Source: a virus. Taken from it: DNA of 64,000 nucleotides. Below, one piece after another: positions 20,294-31,413 of the stretch; the stretch's first letter is position 1, and the number at the start of each line of letters is the position of its first letter. The stretch lies in the IMG/VR virus record IMGVR_UViG_3300035180_002574, positions 32,001 through 96,000 of that record. One strand, written 5' to 3'. A program made the position numbers and the translations under genes. The notes beneath the pieces were generated by a model. It saw nothing but the letters and a program-made list of their open reading frames with translations, was not told where the DNA came from and ran no database searches.

Positions 20294-22400
20294 TTATAAT
20301 ATATTCCATTCTGTACCATTCCATACAAGAGAGCGTGCGCCATAATTAATTGCAATTGTGCTTACTGATGACCCATCTATTGTATTTGTATTTCCAGATA
20401 TAGTTATATTATTTGTCGCGGCATCGCCTTTACCATCTTTAATATCAATTAAATCTCCAGCAACTAGAGATGTATTTGGTAAATTAATTGTAATTGGTCC
20501 AGCAATAGTTTGATTTATAACTAATATTCTCCAACTAGTTCTTGCAGGAGCATATGGGCTAGTCCCCGTATATAAATCGAATACGCTTGAAGCAGATGTC
20601 CCAGTAGCTCCTGCAACTTGTTCAATTATATTCCATTCAATTGAATTATAAATAAGTGTAATTGATCCCCAATTAACTGATATTACGCTAGAAGATGCTC
20701 CATCTATTGTTTTACCATTTCCATTAATAGTAATGTTATTACTATTTGCATCGCCTTTTGCGTCTTTAACAGTAACTATATCTCCATTAAGTGGCGTAGC
20801 TGGCAAATTTAAAGTATATGGTGCGGGCGTAGACTGATTAACAGCAACTACCCTCCATGATGTCTCTGATGGCGAATATGGTCCAGCCAATGGCTGGAAA
20901 TCCATTTTTCTTATTCCAATTATCTTAGTCACATCAATATTTGCATCTGCTGCAATATTATTATTTGTTATGAGCGTGGGAGTCCATTTGCCATAATTAA
21001 TAATTGGATTACCAGATAGATCGTATCCAGTTTGAGTTGTTGGTGACCACGCTAATACATTATTTGCTACTGGCACATTAGGTGCAATACCATATCTTTG
21101 TAATCTTGTAACTACATTATTATCAGAGCGTCTATAAACATCTCCAGTCATGGAGCGAGCATAAAATCTTTTAGGTTCTCCAACTGCAAATGGAGTCATA
21201 GAATTTACATATGAGCCATGTAAGATATTACTATTAGAAGAGCTGCAAATATACACAGTATGGCTAGTGGTAGATACCGCCATGTCATTAAGAGTTATTA
21301 ATGTTGGAGATAAATTAAGTGATACAGCTGCGCCAATAACTGGATAGCCAGCACCGCCATTCGAACAATCAACTGGCGTTAATTCGTTAGCATATCCAGT
21401 ATATTGATTTGTAGATATGATAATCATACTAGCCGTGCCTGCTGAATTTATAATTCTATTATGAGGGGCAGTTGGGCTAACTGCTAATGGAGTATATGTT
21501 GCTTCGGAAATACTTCCGCCTGCAGCATAATTAAAATATCCATCTCCATTGCCACCATCAACGCCAACAATAAAATTACCAAAATAGCTCCAATCAAAAT
21601 CTATCATTTCTGCTGTCGCACTTGATTGTTCTGTTATTCCGTCTAAAGTAACACTTGTAAGCGATGTTGTTCCAATAGGGGGCTTTGGCGGGAAACCAAA
21701 TGATCCTGGTATTTGCTTATGACATACCCATGCCTTTCCATCAAAGATTTTTAAACGTGATGGTATACCTTGGGCAGCTAAAGTCACAAATGTGGATGGG
21801 GTAAGATTACTAGAAGTAATTGTGTTTAAAGTAATTGACCCAGTAAACATATTAGCTGTAACTATAAGTAACCTAGAATGTGCAGAGTCCCACGCAATAT
21901 CTTTATATGATAAAGGGAATAATATTGATCCAGTTGTTGAGATATTATTCGTTACTGGGTCAAACCTTGCAATATTGTCTCCACCCATAGATTGGGTTCC
22001 ATTTAGAATGAAAACACAACCATTTCCACAAGCCAATCGGAAACTAGATGTTGAAAATGATGATACATCATATGAGGTATATGCATAGTTATTTCCTACA
22101 TCTGTTCTAATTAAATAACCATTGCTAAATGACCAAACTACGTCTGATCCGCCAGTTCCGGCACCCCCTTCAACTGCTATTGCGGTTGGGTTCGCCCCCC
22201 CTCTGCACCGCCTGCAACCTCCATAATTTCACCGCCAGTCAATGTAGGTACAGTTAATGTTGTGCCTTGAATTTTACTTAATGTTTGGCTAGTATTTGTT
22301 CCAGATAAATCTCCACCAGTTGTAAATTTAGTTTCTGTAACAAATTTATGTCCATCCCAATATAAGAAATCATTAATATTTGCTGGCTTTCCAGAATGAC

Positions 22401-22404
<4 letters not shown>
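20294..22404 (-). CDS. Fibre-like protein split by a frameshift at a G7 run (track ORFs 22177-22416 and 20294-22036 are one gene)
   Basis: The frame of 20294-22036 stays open upstream through GGG GCG AAC CCA ([12 protein letters not shown]...) to the G7 run at 22195-22201; one extra G gives a 703-aa protein with two C-terminal fibre modules. Confidence 0.75.
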
Positions 22405-22988
<584 letters not shown>

Positions 22989-23044
22989 TTACCCTCATTA
23001 ACTTTTAATTAAGTTTCATGAGAATGCCAAAATGTTAGTATATT

Positions 23045-23215
23045 TTATATGTCTGAAGTAAGTCTTTTAAACTCTTCTTTAGTTATTTCAACGGCATTAG
23101 TTATCTTTTTAAGATTATTTAGCTGGTCTTTTGCAGAAATTATAATAATTATTTTATCAGGGTTATCTGATTTTTTACATTCAATATACGACTTATCATC
23201 AAATTGTATTTTCAT
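23045..23215 (-). CDS. Small hypothetical protein (56 aa), not in the ORF track
   Basis: MKIQFDDKSYIECKKSDNPDKIIIIISAKDQ...TSDI*, with AGGA RBS and ATGA overlap with the upstream remnant. Confidence 0.6.
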   Translation of the reverse strand: MKIQFDDKSYIECKKSDNPDKIIIIISAKDQLNNLKKITNAVEITKEEFKRLTSDI

Positions 23216-23282
23216 TTGAATTTCCTTACACTAGCAATAACCTTGCAAACACCACCGTCATCATCTTCTAATAGTGAACTAC

Positions 23283-24406
23283 TCATCGCCTAAAGGCGAG
23301 GGCTTCTTGGATCGTCATTGATCCAACATATGATGGTTGAGTCATCATAGCCTGTTCCAGGCAAAAAACGTTATCTGCTGCATTCTCATCTCGATCATAT
23401 ACACTTCCACAACTACAAGTTATTGTTCGATCTGAAAGCTTCAGATCAATATGTATCTTGCCGCACTTATTACAGGTTTTAGAAGTGTTTCTCGGATTAA
23501 CTAAAACTAAATTATTGGTCTTATAGCCGAGAAAAGAAAGAAACTGTGCTAATTTAGCATTACGAATGCTTCTGTTTAGGTTCGTCCATTTACCTTCTGA
23601 CATTGATTTAACAGATAGGTCTTCCGCATAGATCGTATCATATGTTGAACCAAGTCTTTTAGAGACCTTATGCTGATAGTCATTGATCTTTCTGACTTTC
23701 GCATCATACAATCTATTTGCTACTTTTTTAGAAACTTATACTGATTAGAGCCTTTCGTCAAATGATCGGCTCTACTTTGCACTTTAGCGATTTGCTTATC
23801 GAAATACTTGCTATCAGTTCTATTCTTGATCTTTGTTCCATCGGTAGTAACTACTAAATATTTCAATCCAATATCTATACCGATACTACCAGTAGCCTGT
23901 TTAGCTTCGATATAATCTGTTATAATATTGAGATAGAACTTATTGTTCTTATTTGAAATGCTAACTTGTTTGATTTGACCTTTCAAATCTCGATGTTGCA
24001 CGAATGACATTTTGCCATATACTTTAGTGATTAAGATACCATTTTCAATCTTGAAGCCAGATTGAGGATAACAGATACCAAAGAAGTTTTGACAGCTGCG
24101 AAATCTGGGAAAGCCAGCTGTCTCTTTAGACTTAACTCTTCTAAAGAAGGCTTGATAGCTACGATCTAATCGTAGTGGAACTTGCTGCAATACTTGACTA
24201 TGCATCTCATCTAATATTGGCTCGCTTGCTTTTAAGCTAACTAATTCTGCTTGCTGTTCTTTTCGACCAATCTTAATGCCATTCTTATAGTTTTCGATAC
24301 GTTGATTGAGAAAATAGTTGTACAACCAGTTAAGTTTATTGGCGTGTTGCCATAGCTTGACTTGTTGATCTTTGGTAGGATATAAGCGGTATTGAAAGGT
24401 TATCAC
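23283..24406 (-). CDS. tnpB: TnpB RNA-guided nuclease, split by a -1 frameshift at A-AAA-AAG (23723-23729)
   Basis: MITFQYRLYPT HTH, RuvC GIDIG / YAEDL / DRDENAA, zinc finger CNKCG..CSCG; CTA AAA AAG TAG, and the -1 frame continues KKVANRLYDAK. Confidence 0.9.
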
Positions 24407-24842
24407 TCTTGCTCTGCTCTTTGATTTTCAACATACTTCTTTAAGACATCAATAGACACATTTCCAGTAGTAGAAAGAAAATAAGAAGGTGACCAAAAAC
24501 TATCTCCCCATAGCTTATCTTTTAGAAAGTCTTTGTATTTTTCTCTTAACATTCTGCTGGAACGACCTTTTAAGATATTGATGAACTTGGTTAGTTCCAA
24601 AGTGGGTTTAGTTCTAAACAAGATATGCAAATGGTCATCGCCACATTCTTGTTCAATAATTTCTACCTCAAACTCTTCTGCTATTGTTTTCATAATAGTT
24701 TTCATAATAGTTTTCAAATCAGCAATCATCAGATCGTCTTTGAAGACTTTCTTGCGATATTTAACTACCGTTATGAAGTGGTAGCAAAGCGAGAAAACAG
24801 CGTTGTTAGTTCTATCAGTTCGATAGATTTTTCACCTACCAT
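24403..24842 (-). CDS. tnpA: TnpA Y1 (HUH) transposase with a 5' frameshift and a 12-bp in-frame duplication
   Basis: AVFSLCYHFITVVKYRK, DHLHIL, FWSPSYF, KKYVENQ; ATG at 24842 is one base out of frame at A5 (24828-24832); KTIM is duplicated (24686-24716). Confidence 0.88.
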
Positions 24843-25070
24843 ATTATATATCGTAGTTATTGGTAGATTTGATCAACTTTCTGCATCGTATTCATCCCAC
24901 TGCCTAAAGGCAGGGGATTTCTGCGGTCTGTCAGGTTAAAGCTTCTTTGATATCTGTTTTATTTGCATCAATCAATTCATTCAATAGTTGAAGGGCTTGA
25001 TTAAATGATAAATTAGAATAGCCTTGTCAAGGTATATTTTTTAGTTTCTAATAAAGCAATATATTGCATA

Positions 25071-25799
25071 TCAATTTCCTCTATTCGTTATTGAGATTGC
25101 CACGTTATGTTTTCTAGACAAATAGATCGAAGCGTCTTTATAAAGAAAATCTCTAACTTTTAATGCAAACTTACCCTTGAATCTAAGTTGTGGAGTTTTT
25201 TATTATGATAGTCTATATTATTTGAACATTTAAAACTACAATCTTTTTGTAATATCTTCTTATATGTTTTAAGAAATTTTTCAGTTCCACGTATAGAGCT
25301 ACATAGTCTATTATTAGATAATTCTGAATTTATAAAAAAGCTACCATCACCATCGAAATAACCTCTCATGAAATGATGTTTAAGAGGATGTTTTTCAAGC
25401 CATTTGGGAAATGTATAAATCAAACTTTTCTTTGGAACAATATTGAATTTAATCAAATCATTTGCTATTTGTTTTGATGTAATTAGTAATTTGCTCTCCC
25501 ATACATCATTCCATTTAGGATTCTTTTTAGAATTTTTTATTAGATAATTTTTAATTGGATTAGTGCTTTCTAATAAATTTCTAACTAATTTCAAATGATC
25601 TTCATCATTTTTCGATACAGAAATCAGAAATCTGTAATCTATGATTGATATAATTGCGAGTTTTATTTGTTTTAGAAATCCTAATGCACCCATCTGCCGC
25701 CATAAATCCTGCTAAATAAAAAGATCGTTCAGTTTCTTCTTGAAAAATATTATGATTGACTTTATATTTTGAATGGGATTTCTTTTGGATATGGGTCAT
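25071..25799 (-). pseudogene. LAGLIDADG homing endonuclease, inactivated
   Basis: FYLAGFMAADG and FMRGYFDGDG motifs; 7-bp tandem duplication GATTTCT (25619-25632) and -1 shift at A6 (25196-25201) before TPQLRFKG..FLYKDASIYLSRK. Confidence 0.88.
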
Positions 25800-26592
25800 T
25801 CTGTTTCCATGTTATAATTTCGACCCTATCCATATGCACAAATATTGAGTGTTCTGTGTGGGCGCCAATATCTGGGGTTAAAACGGTCCAATTATCAGAA
25901 GCTACTTTGGTTTCTGGAAGATAAATCGTTAACATCGGTTCTATTGCAATTGATAACCCGGCAGCTATTCTAATTCCGGTATTTGGATCTGATTTATTCT
26001 CAACGAATGGGCTTGCATGCGGTTTATTATACTCTAAGCCGTGCCCGCCATATTGTGTAACAATTCCAAAACCATCATGTGCTGCAGATTTAGCTATTGC
26101 ATTGCCAATAACCCCTAATCTTTTACCAACGCTAATTGCCTGGATTCCTTTGAGCAATGCATTTTCTGTAGCTTTTATTAAAGCGACGTGTCTTATATTT
26201 TTAGGCTTACCATAAATGCAAGTGATAGCCGAATCAGCAATAGCTCCCTCATAAGTAGCTCCCAAATCAAAAGATACGACATCTCCTTCTTGAAGAACAT
26301 AATCTTTAGGTATACCATGCACCAGCTCTTTATTTACAGATATGCAAACCGCTTCTGGAAAGCCTTTATAGCCTTTAAAAGTCGCAGTACATCCGGAATC
26401 TAGGATGATTTGTTCTGCTTCCAAACTGAGTTGTCTAGTGGTTAGATTTGTTTTTTGTTCAACCAACCTCTGTAAATGAGTCAAACAATGAGCCACTATT
26501 CTGCCAGCAATTCTTTGCTTTTCCAGCCATTCGTTATCTTTCAATGTAAAAAAGCCACTTGTAGAAAATGGCTCTTTAGTATTTATTCTCAT
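25762..26592 (-). CDS. map: Methionine aminopeptidase, type I
   Basis: CISVN..VHGIP, FDLG, ADSA, GGHG, IEPM, HTEHSI. Confidence 0.95.
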   Translation of the reverse strand: MRINTKEPFSTSGFFTLKDNEWLEKQRIAGRIVAHCLTHLQRLVEQKTNLTTRQLSLEAEQIILDSGCTATFKGYKGFPEAVCISVNKELVHGIPKDYVLQEGDVVSFDLGATYEGAIADSAITCIYGKPKNIRHVALIKATENALLKGIQAISVGKRLGVIGNAIAKSAAHDGFGIVTQYGGHGLEYNKPHASPFVENKSDPNTGIRIAAGLSIAIEPMLTIYLPETKVASDNWTVLTPDIGAHTEHSIFVHMDRVEIITWKQNDPYPKEIPFKI

Positions 26593-26609
26593 TTAACTTT
26601 CTCCGAGAA

Positions 26610-26882
26610 TTATTTAGATTTTAATCCAGACTTAATTCTATTAGCTTCTTCAAAAACACCGCTGTTTAATTGTCGGCTTTCAATTAAAGCTTGCCGCGCC
26701 GAACCATAATCAATATATTCTTTAAACTCTGGAGTACTTAATATTTTAATGATCTTCTTATCAAGAAGAAGGAGCATTGCGCTCATTTCCCCCAGCGTTT
26801 TTCTATCTATACTGCCATTGTTTTGTGACGTAGCTAAATAGCCCCTAATTTGTATTAGGGACGTTAATTCGTCCAGTTTCAT
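26610..26882 (-). CDS. Hypothetical protein
   Basis: 90 aa, operon-packed. Confidence 0.7.
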   Translation of the reverse strand: MKLDELTSLIQIRGYLATSQNNGSIDRKTLGEMSAMLLLLDKKIIKILSTPEFKEYIDYGSARQALIESRQLNSGVFEEANRIKSGLKSK

Positions 26883-26884
26883 AA

Positions 26885-27169
26885 TTATACCTTTGGTGGT
26901 AAAGCTCCGCCACGAATAACGGTGCCATCTTCATGAATAGCATCCGCCTCAGTCAGACCATATCTCATATATATTTGAAGAACAACATACTTGTATGCTA
27001 GCTCTGCATTTTCATTTTGAGCAAGAGCTGCTTTAGCTTCTGCTAAAGCTACCTGCTTTTTTGCCTTTGCCAAATCTAAAGCAGATCTGTCGGCATCTGA
27101 AATTTTTTCTATAATTACAGGCTCAGAGGGAGTGGCTGGTAGTGTTGGAGTTTTTACATCTTCTGACAT
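26885..27169 (-). CDS. Hypothetical protein with an Ala-rich coiled coil
   Basis: 94 aa, operon-packed. Confidence 0.7.
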   Translation of the reverse strand: MSEDVKTPTLPATPSEPVIIEKISDADRSALDLAKAKKQVALAEAKAALAQNENAELAYKYVVLQIYMRYGLTEADAIHEDGTVIRGGALPPKV

Positions 27170-27181
27170 TCTGGCTTCCTT

Positions 27182-28495
27182 TTATAAAATTTCCGCCGCC
27201 CTGGATGCTAGTCTGCTGCGCTCGCCCTGCACGAATGTTATATGACCCGCCAATTCGGAATCTTTAAACTTCTCGATAATATAGGTTAAGCCGTTGTTGG
27301 TTGCATCCAATTCGGAATTATCAATCTGCTCTATATCACCTGTAAGTATGATTTTTGAGCCCTCGCCTGCACGAGTTAAAATAGTTTTTACTTCTTCTTT
27401 GGTTAAATTCTGGCATTCATCAACCAAAATAATAGAATTTGTAATGCTCCTACCACGAATATACGTAATGGCTTCCATTTCTAATTGACCTTTTCTTTGA
27501 AACATTTCTAAACTTTGGCGCCAATTGTTTGAGCCCCTTTTGTCATTTGCCCCCAGCAAAAACTCAAAATTGTCCAAAATAGCTTGGAACCAAGGTCCAA
27601 GCTTCTCTTCCATTGTACCCGGAAGATAACCTATATCGTTACCAACTGGCTGTATTGGACGATAGATGACGAATTTGTTAAATTTCTTCTGATTAACCAC
27701 CATATCAAGGGCGGCAGCCAAAGTAATAAGGCTCTTGCCAGTTCCGGCTTTACCTATTAAAGTCACCAGATCTACGCCTTTATCCATAATCAAATCTATT
27801 GCAAAAGCCTGCTCTTTATTTTTGGCAGAAATGCCCCAAGGAAAATTCTTCTTAATAAGTTTTATCTTATCAAAATTAACTTTTCTTCCCATAGCAATAC
27901 CATTACCATCTTGGTCTTCAAACAAGACACACTCATGCGGATTTAGATCTAATCTAAATAATCTTGGGTCAATGCTTCCATTTTGTTGTAATTCTAATCC
28001 AGCATCCGGATCAGTAACTATTTGAATTCCGGCATATAAATCGGTGGCATGAAAATTTTGACTAATGTGTGCAATCGCATTAATTTCGCGAGACTTCGCT
28101 TTTACACGCAAATTAATATCGTTACTTACAAGAGTAACGTTACCTTGCTCCATATGATGGATTAAAGCACAATACAAAATTTGTGTATCACCGTAATTTG
28201 GATTTCCAAATCCATAAAATGAATGTAAAAATGGATCATAATAGGTTGCATCCACCTTCAATGATACGCCGTTGTCTAGCGAAATGCCTGTACTAATATT
28301 ACCCTGAGCACTAATATCATCAAGTAGGCGAATGGCAGCTCGCGCCCCCTTTCCAGATTCACTGGCAAGTTTTTTCAAATTATCCAATTCATTTAATACT
28401 GCTACTGGAATAATTACATCACTGTTATGATATTGATTGTATGCATTAGGATCACTGACCAAAACCGAAGTATCTAAAATGTATGTTTTACGCAT
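27182..28495 (-). CDS. phoH: PIN-domain + PhoH ATPase (PhoH2/YlaK-like)
   Basis: YILDTSVL and SNDINLRVKA (PIN); GKAGTGKS, RGRS, DECQN, LTR.GEGSK, GDIEQID. Confidence 0.92.
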   Translation of the reverse strand: MRKTYILDTSVLVSDPNAYNQYHNSDVIIPVAVLNELDNLKKLASESGKGARAAIRLLDDISAQGNISTGISLDNGVSLKVDATYYDPFLHSFYGFGNPNYGDTQILYCALIHHMEQGNVTLVSNDINLRVKAKSREINAIAHISQNFHATDLYAGIQIVTDPDAGLELQQNGSIDPRLFRLDLNPHECVLFEDQDGNGIAMGRKVNFDKIKLIKKNFPWGISAKNKEQAFAIDLIMDKGVDLVTLIGKAGTGKSLITLAAALDMVVNQKKFNKFVIYRPIQPVGNDIGYLPGTMEEKLGPWFQAILDNFEFLLGANDKRGSNNWRQSLEMFQRKGQLEMEAITYIRGRSITNSIILVDECQNLTKEEVKTILTRAGEGSKIILTGDIEQIDNSELDATNNGLTYIIEKFKDSELAGHITFVQGERSRLASRAAEIL

Positions 28496-28497
28496 AT

Positions 28498-28869
28498 TTA
28501 TTGTTGTTCCGTTTCCTCAAAAAGCGACCAACAGTTGACTTCCATTTCAATAAAAAGTTGTTTTCTGGGATCTCGTTGTCTCAGATCCCTTTTGATTTTG
28601 TAATTACATTTATGCCACTCTCCAACAAGCTCGTCCTCAACATATACTTGCATGTGCCCGTCCAAATCGTCTATAACTTGGACGCTGTATGTCAGAAGGA
28701 TCTCGCGTAACTTTATTTTTTCCTGAATAGACAAAAGACCATCTGAGGTCCAGAACTCAGTTACTGGAACGCCCATTTGGTCTAATAATTCCTTTAGAAA
28801 TCTATGCCTTTCGATCTCGGCTTCACGCCTCACGTCAGCATCGTAATTCAGTAGAATTGTGCCTTTCAT
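28498..28869 (-). CDS. Hypothetical protein
   Basis: 123 aa, operon-packed. Confidence 0.7.
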   Translation of the reverse strand: MKGTILLNYDADVRREAEIERHRFLKELLDQMGVPVTEFWTSDGLLSIQEKIKLREILLTYSVQVIDDLDGHMQVYVEDELVGEWHKCNYKIKRDLRQRDPRKQLFIEMEVNCWSLFEETEQQ

Positions 28870-28887
28870 CTCATATACTATGTCAAG

Positions 28888-31413
28888 TTATCCGCATTTG
28901 GAGTACGTACAATCTGGCGCAATGCATTTTGTACAATGTTCGTAATAAATTATTGAATTTTCCGCACCACACTCTGGACATTTTTTTTCTGAAGTGACCT
29001 TCACACCATCTTTTATATACGACTTTAAAACTCTAGCAATAATTTTAGAAAAAGAGGTAATTTCTGCATATTGATCTTTGGTTAGTTGTTCGACAATAAA
29101 TTCAATCGGTACGCCATGTCTCAAACTCAAAGAAATCATTCTTGTGAATGCTCCATGACTTTTGTTTTCAAAAATGTTGGCAATATCCTTGATCATCATT
29201 TGGTCGTCACCCTCCCCAACTGATAAGTTATAAGAGGTAATTCCATCGGCATTCTTCCCGTTTTTGATAATCTTTCCGGTTTTATATTTGTTTGGAATAT
29301 CTACATATTTAGATAATCCTCCGAAAATTTCGTACGGACGCCCATTAAATAGACCCACAAATAATGTCCAAGCTTCACCATTAATTTTTGCTTTTTTTAT
29401 CTCGCACGCAAGCTCCGCGGGACGTTTTGGTGCCATTACACCAACAATCTCGTCTGGTCTTCCATCAGCAGTTGTAGTAACTTTCTTGGCAGCATCTTGA
29501 CTAACCAAAACTCCCGTTCTACATCCGTCACGATAAACTGTAAATCCTTTACAGCCAGATTCCCATGCCCTCATATAAACTTGAGAAACAACGTCTTTAC
29601 TTACATTAGATGGTAGGTTGCACGTTTTACTAATGCTATGGTCAACTGATTTTTGAGCAGCTGCCTGCAAATCCACCGAGGCAACCCAATCAATTTCATT
29701 AGATGTAGCTCCCCAATATGGTGATTTAGTAATGTCGGTTTCGCCAGTTATTTCCATCCACTTCTTAACACCATGATGATAAATAGTAAATTCTTGCCAC
29801 TTATCACCAAGCGCATCTATAAAATCTACTCTGGCATCTTTATCAGATGGGTTAATCTTCTTTCTACGAACATAAGAAAGGAGATATGCCGGCTCAATTC
29901 CAGAAGTAGTTTGAGTAAGCGTGGAGACAGATCCAGTTGGAGCGGTTGTAGTGAGCGCGATATTGCGACGCCCAGTTTTTTCCCACATATCCATAACTGT
30001 TTTACCGGCATCTTTTATAATACTGCTAAGGTATTCATGATTTTTCTCTTTAGCAAAAGAGAAAATAGGGAAAGCACCTCGTTCTTTTGCCATAATACAA
30101 GAAGATGTATGAGCTCCAACAGCTAATGCACGATAGATTTCGCCAGTCTTACTTATAGATTCTTCTGATCCATATTTGATATTCAATGCTGCTAAAGCAT
30201 CTCCTAAAGCAGTAATACCTAAACCAGTGCGGCGCCCGCTGACATTCATGGCACGAATTTTATTCCACAAATTCAACTCAACCGCCTTCACCTCTTCTGG
30301 CTCTTTGTCGGCTTTAACTTTAGCAATGATCTTATCAATAGATTCAATTTCTAAATCAATAACATCATCCATTAATCTTTGAGCAATAATTGTGTGTTCT
30401 TTGAACAGTTCAAAATCAAAATATGCATCTTTGGTAAATGGATTTTTGACGTATGATAATAAATTCAATACTAATAGGCGGCACGCGTCATATGCTGGTA
30501 GAATAATTTCTCCACAAGGATTAGTAGATACTGAGTTGTGACCTTCCTCAGCATAAATATCTGAAGGAGTATTCTTTTTAACATTGTCCCAAAATAAAAG
30601 ACCTGGCTCTGCTGCAGACCAAGCAGCATCTATTATCATATCCCAAATTTCTTTAGCCTTTACTGTCTTTACAACTTTCGCTTCTTCTAAAGATAAATGA
30701 GCTGGCCAGCGCAAAGTATATTCGGAATCATTTTTAACCGCCATCATAAATTCATCAGTTAATCTGATTGAAATATTGGCACCAGTTACTTTGGTGAGAT
30801 CGCGTTTGATCTTAATAAACGTTTCGATCTCTGGATGATTTACAGAGATCGTTATCATTTCAGCGCCACGGCGCCCATTTTGGGCAACCTCTCTACAGGT
30901 ATTGCTAAATCTTTCCATGAACACAGCAATGCCGTCGGTGGTTTTTGCAGCGTTATTAGTGATAACGTTTTTAGGACGAATACCGGAAATATCTAATCCA
31001 CAACCGCCGCGACGCTTCATAATTTGAGCAAGTTCTTGATCTGCAAGCATAATTCCGCCATAAGAATCAAACTCATCAGAATGAACTCCTTGAATTACGA
31101 AGCAATTGGAGAGGCTTTGCAATTGATATGGATTACCAATTGCAGACATAGGGCTGCCTTGTGGAACTATATATTGAAAGTTTTTAATCAAACCAAATAT
31201 CTTCGATTCCGTAAGTGGATTCGGATATTTCTTTTCAATACGTGCAAATTCTTTTGCGAGACGATGATGCATATCATCAGGTGTTAACTCTAAGAAAACT
31301 CCCTGTTGATTTTGTAGCGCATACTTATCTACGAAAACTTTCGCAGCAAACTCATCTCCACCAAAATACTTTGTCGATGCCTCTAAAACCTGAGAATAAG
31401 TGTATCCCTTCAT
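28888..31413 (-). CDS. nrdJ: Class II (B12-dependent) ribonucleotide reductase
   Basis: SLSNCF, NPCGEI, RRTGLG, TTAPTGS, GIEP, SISKTCN, KGFTVYRDG, C-terminal Cys-rich ribbon; no intein seen. Confidence 0.92.
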   Translation of the reverse strand: MKGYTYSQVLEASTKYFGGDEFAAKVFVDKYALQNQQGVFLELTPDDMHHRLAKEFARIEKKYPNPLTESKIFGLIKNFQYIVPQGSPMSAIGNPYQLQSLSNCFVIQGVHSDEFDSYGGIMLADQELAQIMKRRGGCGLDISGIRPKNVITNNAAKTTDGIAVFMERFSNTCREVAQNGRRGAEMITISVNHPEIETFIKIKRDLTKVTGANISIRLTDEFMMAVKNDSEYTLRWPAHLSLEEAKVVKTVKAKEIWDMIIDAAWSAAEPGLLFWDNVKKNTPSDIYAEEGHNSVSTNPCGEIILPAYDACRLLVLNLLSYVKNPFTKDAYFDFELFKEHTIIAQRLMDDVIDLEIESIDKIIAKVKADKEPEEVKAVELNLWNKIRAMNVSGRRTGLGITALGDALAALNIKYGSEESISKTGEIYRALAVGAHTSSCIMAKERGAFPIFSFAKEKNHEYLSSIIKDAGKTVMDMWEKTGRRNIALTTTAPTGSVSTLTQTTSGIEPAYLLSYVRRKKINPSDKDARVDFIDALGDKWQEFTIYHHGVKKWMEITGETDITKSPYWGATSNEIDWVASVDLQAAAQKSVDHSISKTCNLPSNVSKDVVSQVYMRAWESGCKGFTVYRDGCRTGVLVSQDAAKKVTTTADGRPDEIVGVMAPKRPAELACEIKKAKINGEAWTLFVGLFNGRPYEIFGGLSKYVDIPNKYKTGKIIKNGKNADGITSYNLSVGEGDDQMMIKDIANIFENKSHGAFTRMISLSLRHGVPIEFIVEQLTKDQYAEITSFSKIIARVLKSYIKDGVKVTSEKKCPECGAENSIIYYEHCTKCIAPDCTYSKCG

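Larger units (their letters stand above)
23274..24935 (-). mobile_element. IS200/IS605-family insertion sequence (tnpA + tnpB in tandem), inserted 3' of TTTAA
   Basis: Subterminal hairpins CTGCCT-AA-AGGCAG (24900-24913) and TCGCCT-AA-AGGCGA (23286-23299); right end ...TAGTTCAC; no target duplication; empty site restores an ORF. Confidence 0.88.
23212..25069 (-). pseudogene. Small host gene interrupted by the IS200/IS605 element (pieces 24936-25069 and 23212-23273)
   Basis: Removing 23274-24935 fuses ...DANKTDIKEAL-ILEDDDGGVCKVIASVRKFK* in frame; the 5' part carries a further +1 shift near 25030. Confidence 0.6.

Noticed and set aside
25021-25035. TTGACA inside the CCTTG-T-CAAGG palindrome as a promoter for the IS
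   Set aside because: No acceptable -10 at 16-18 nt spacing, and it lies within the interrupted host ORF
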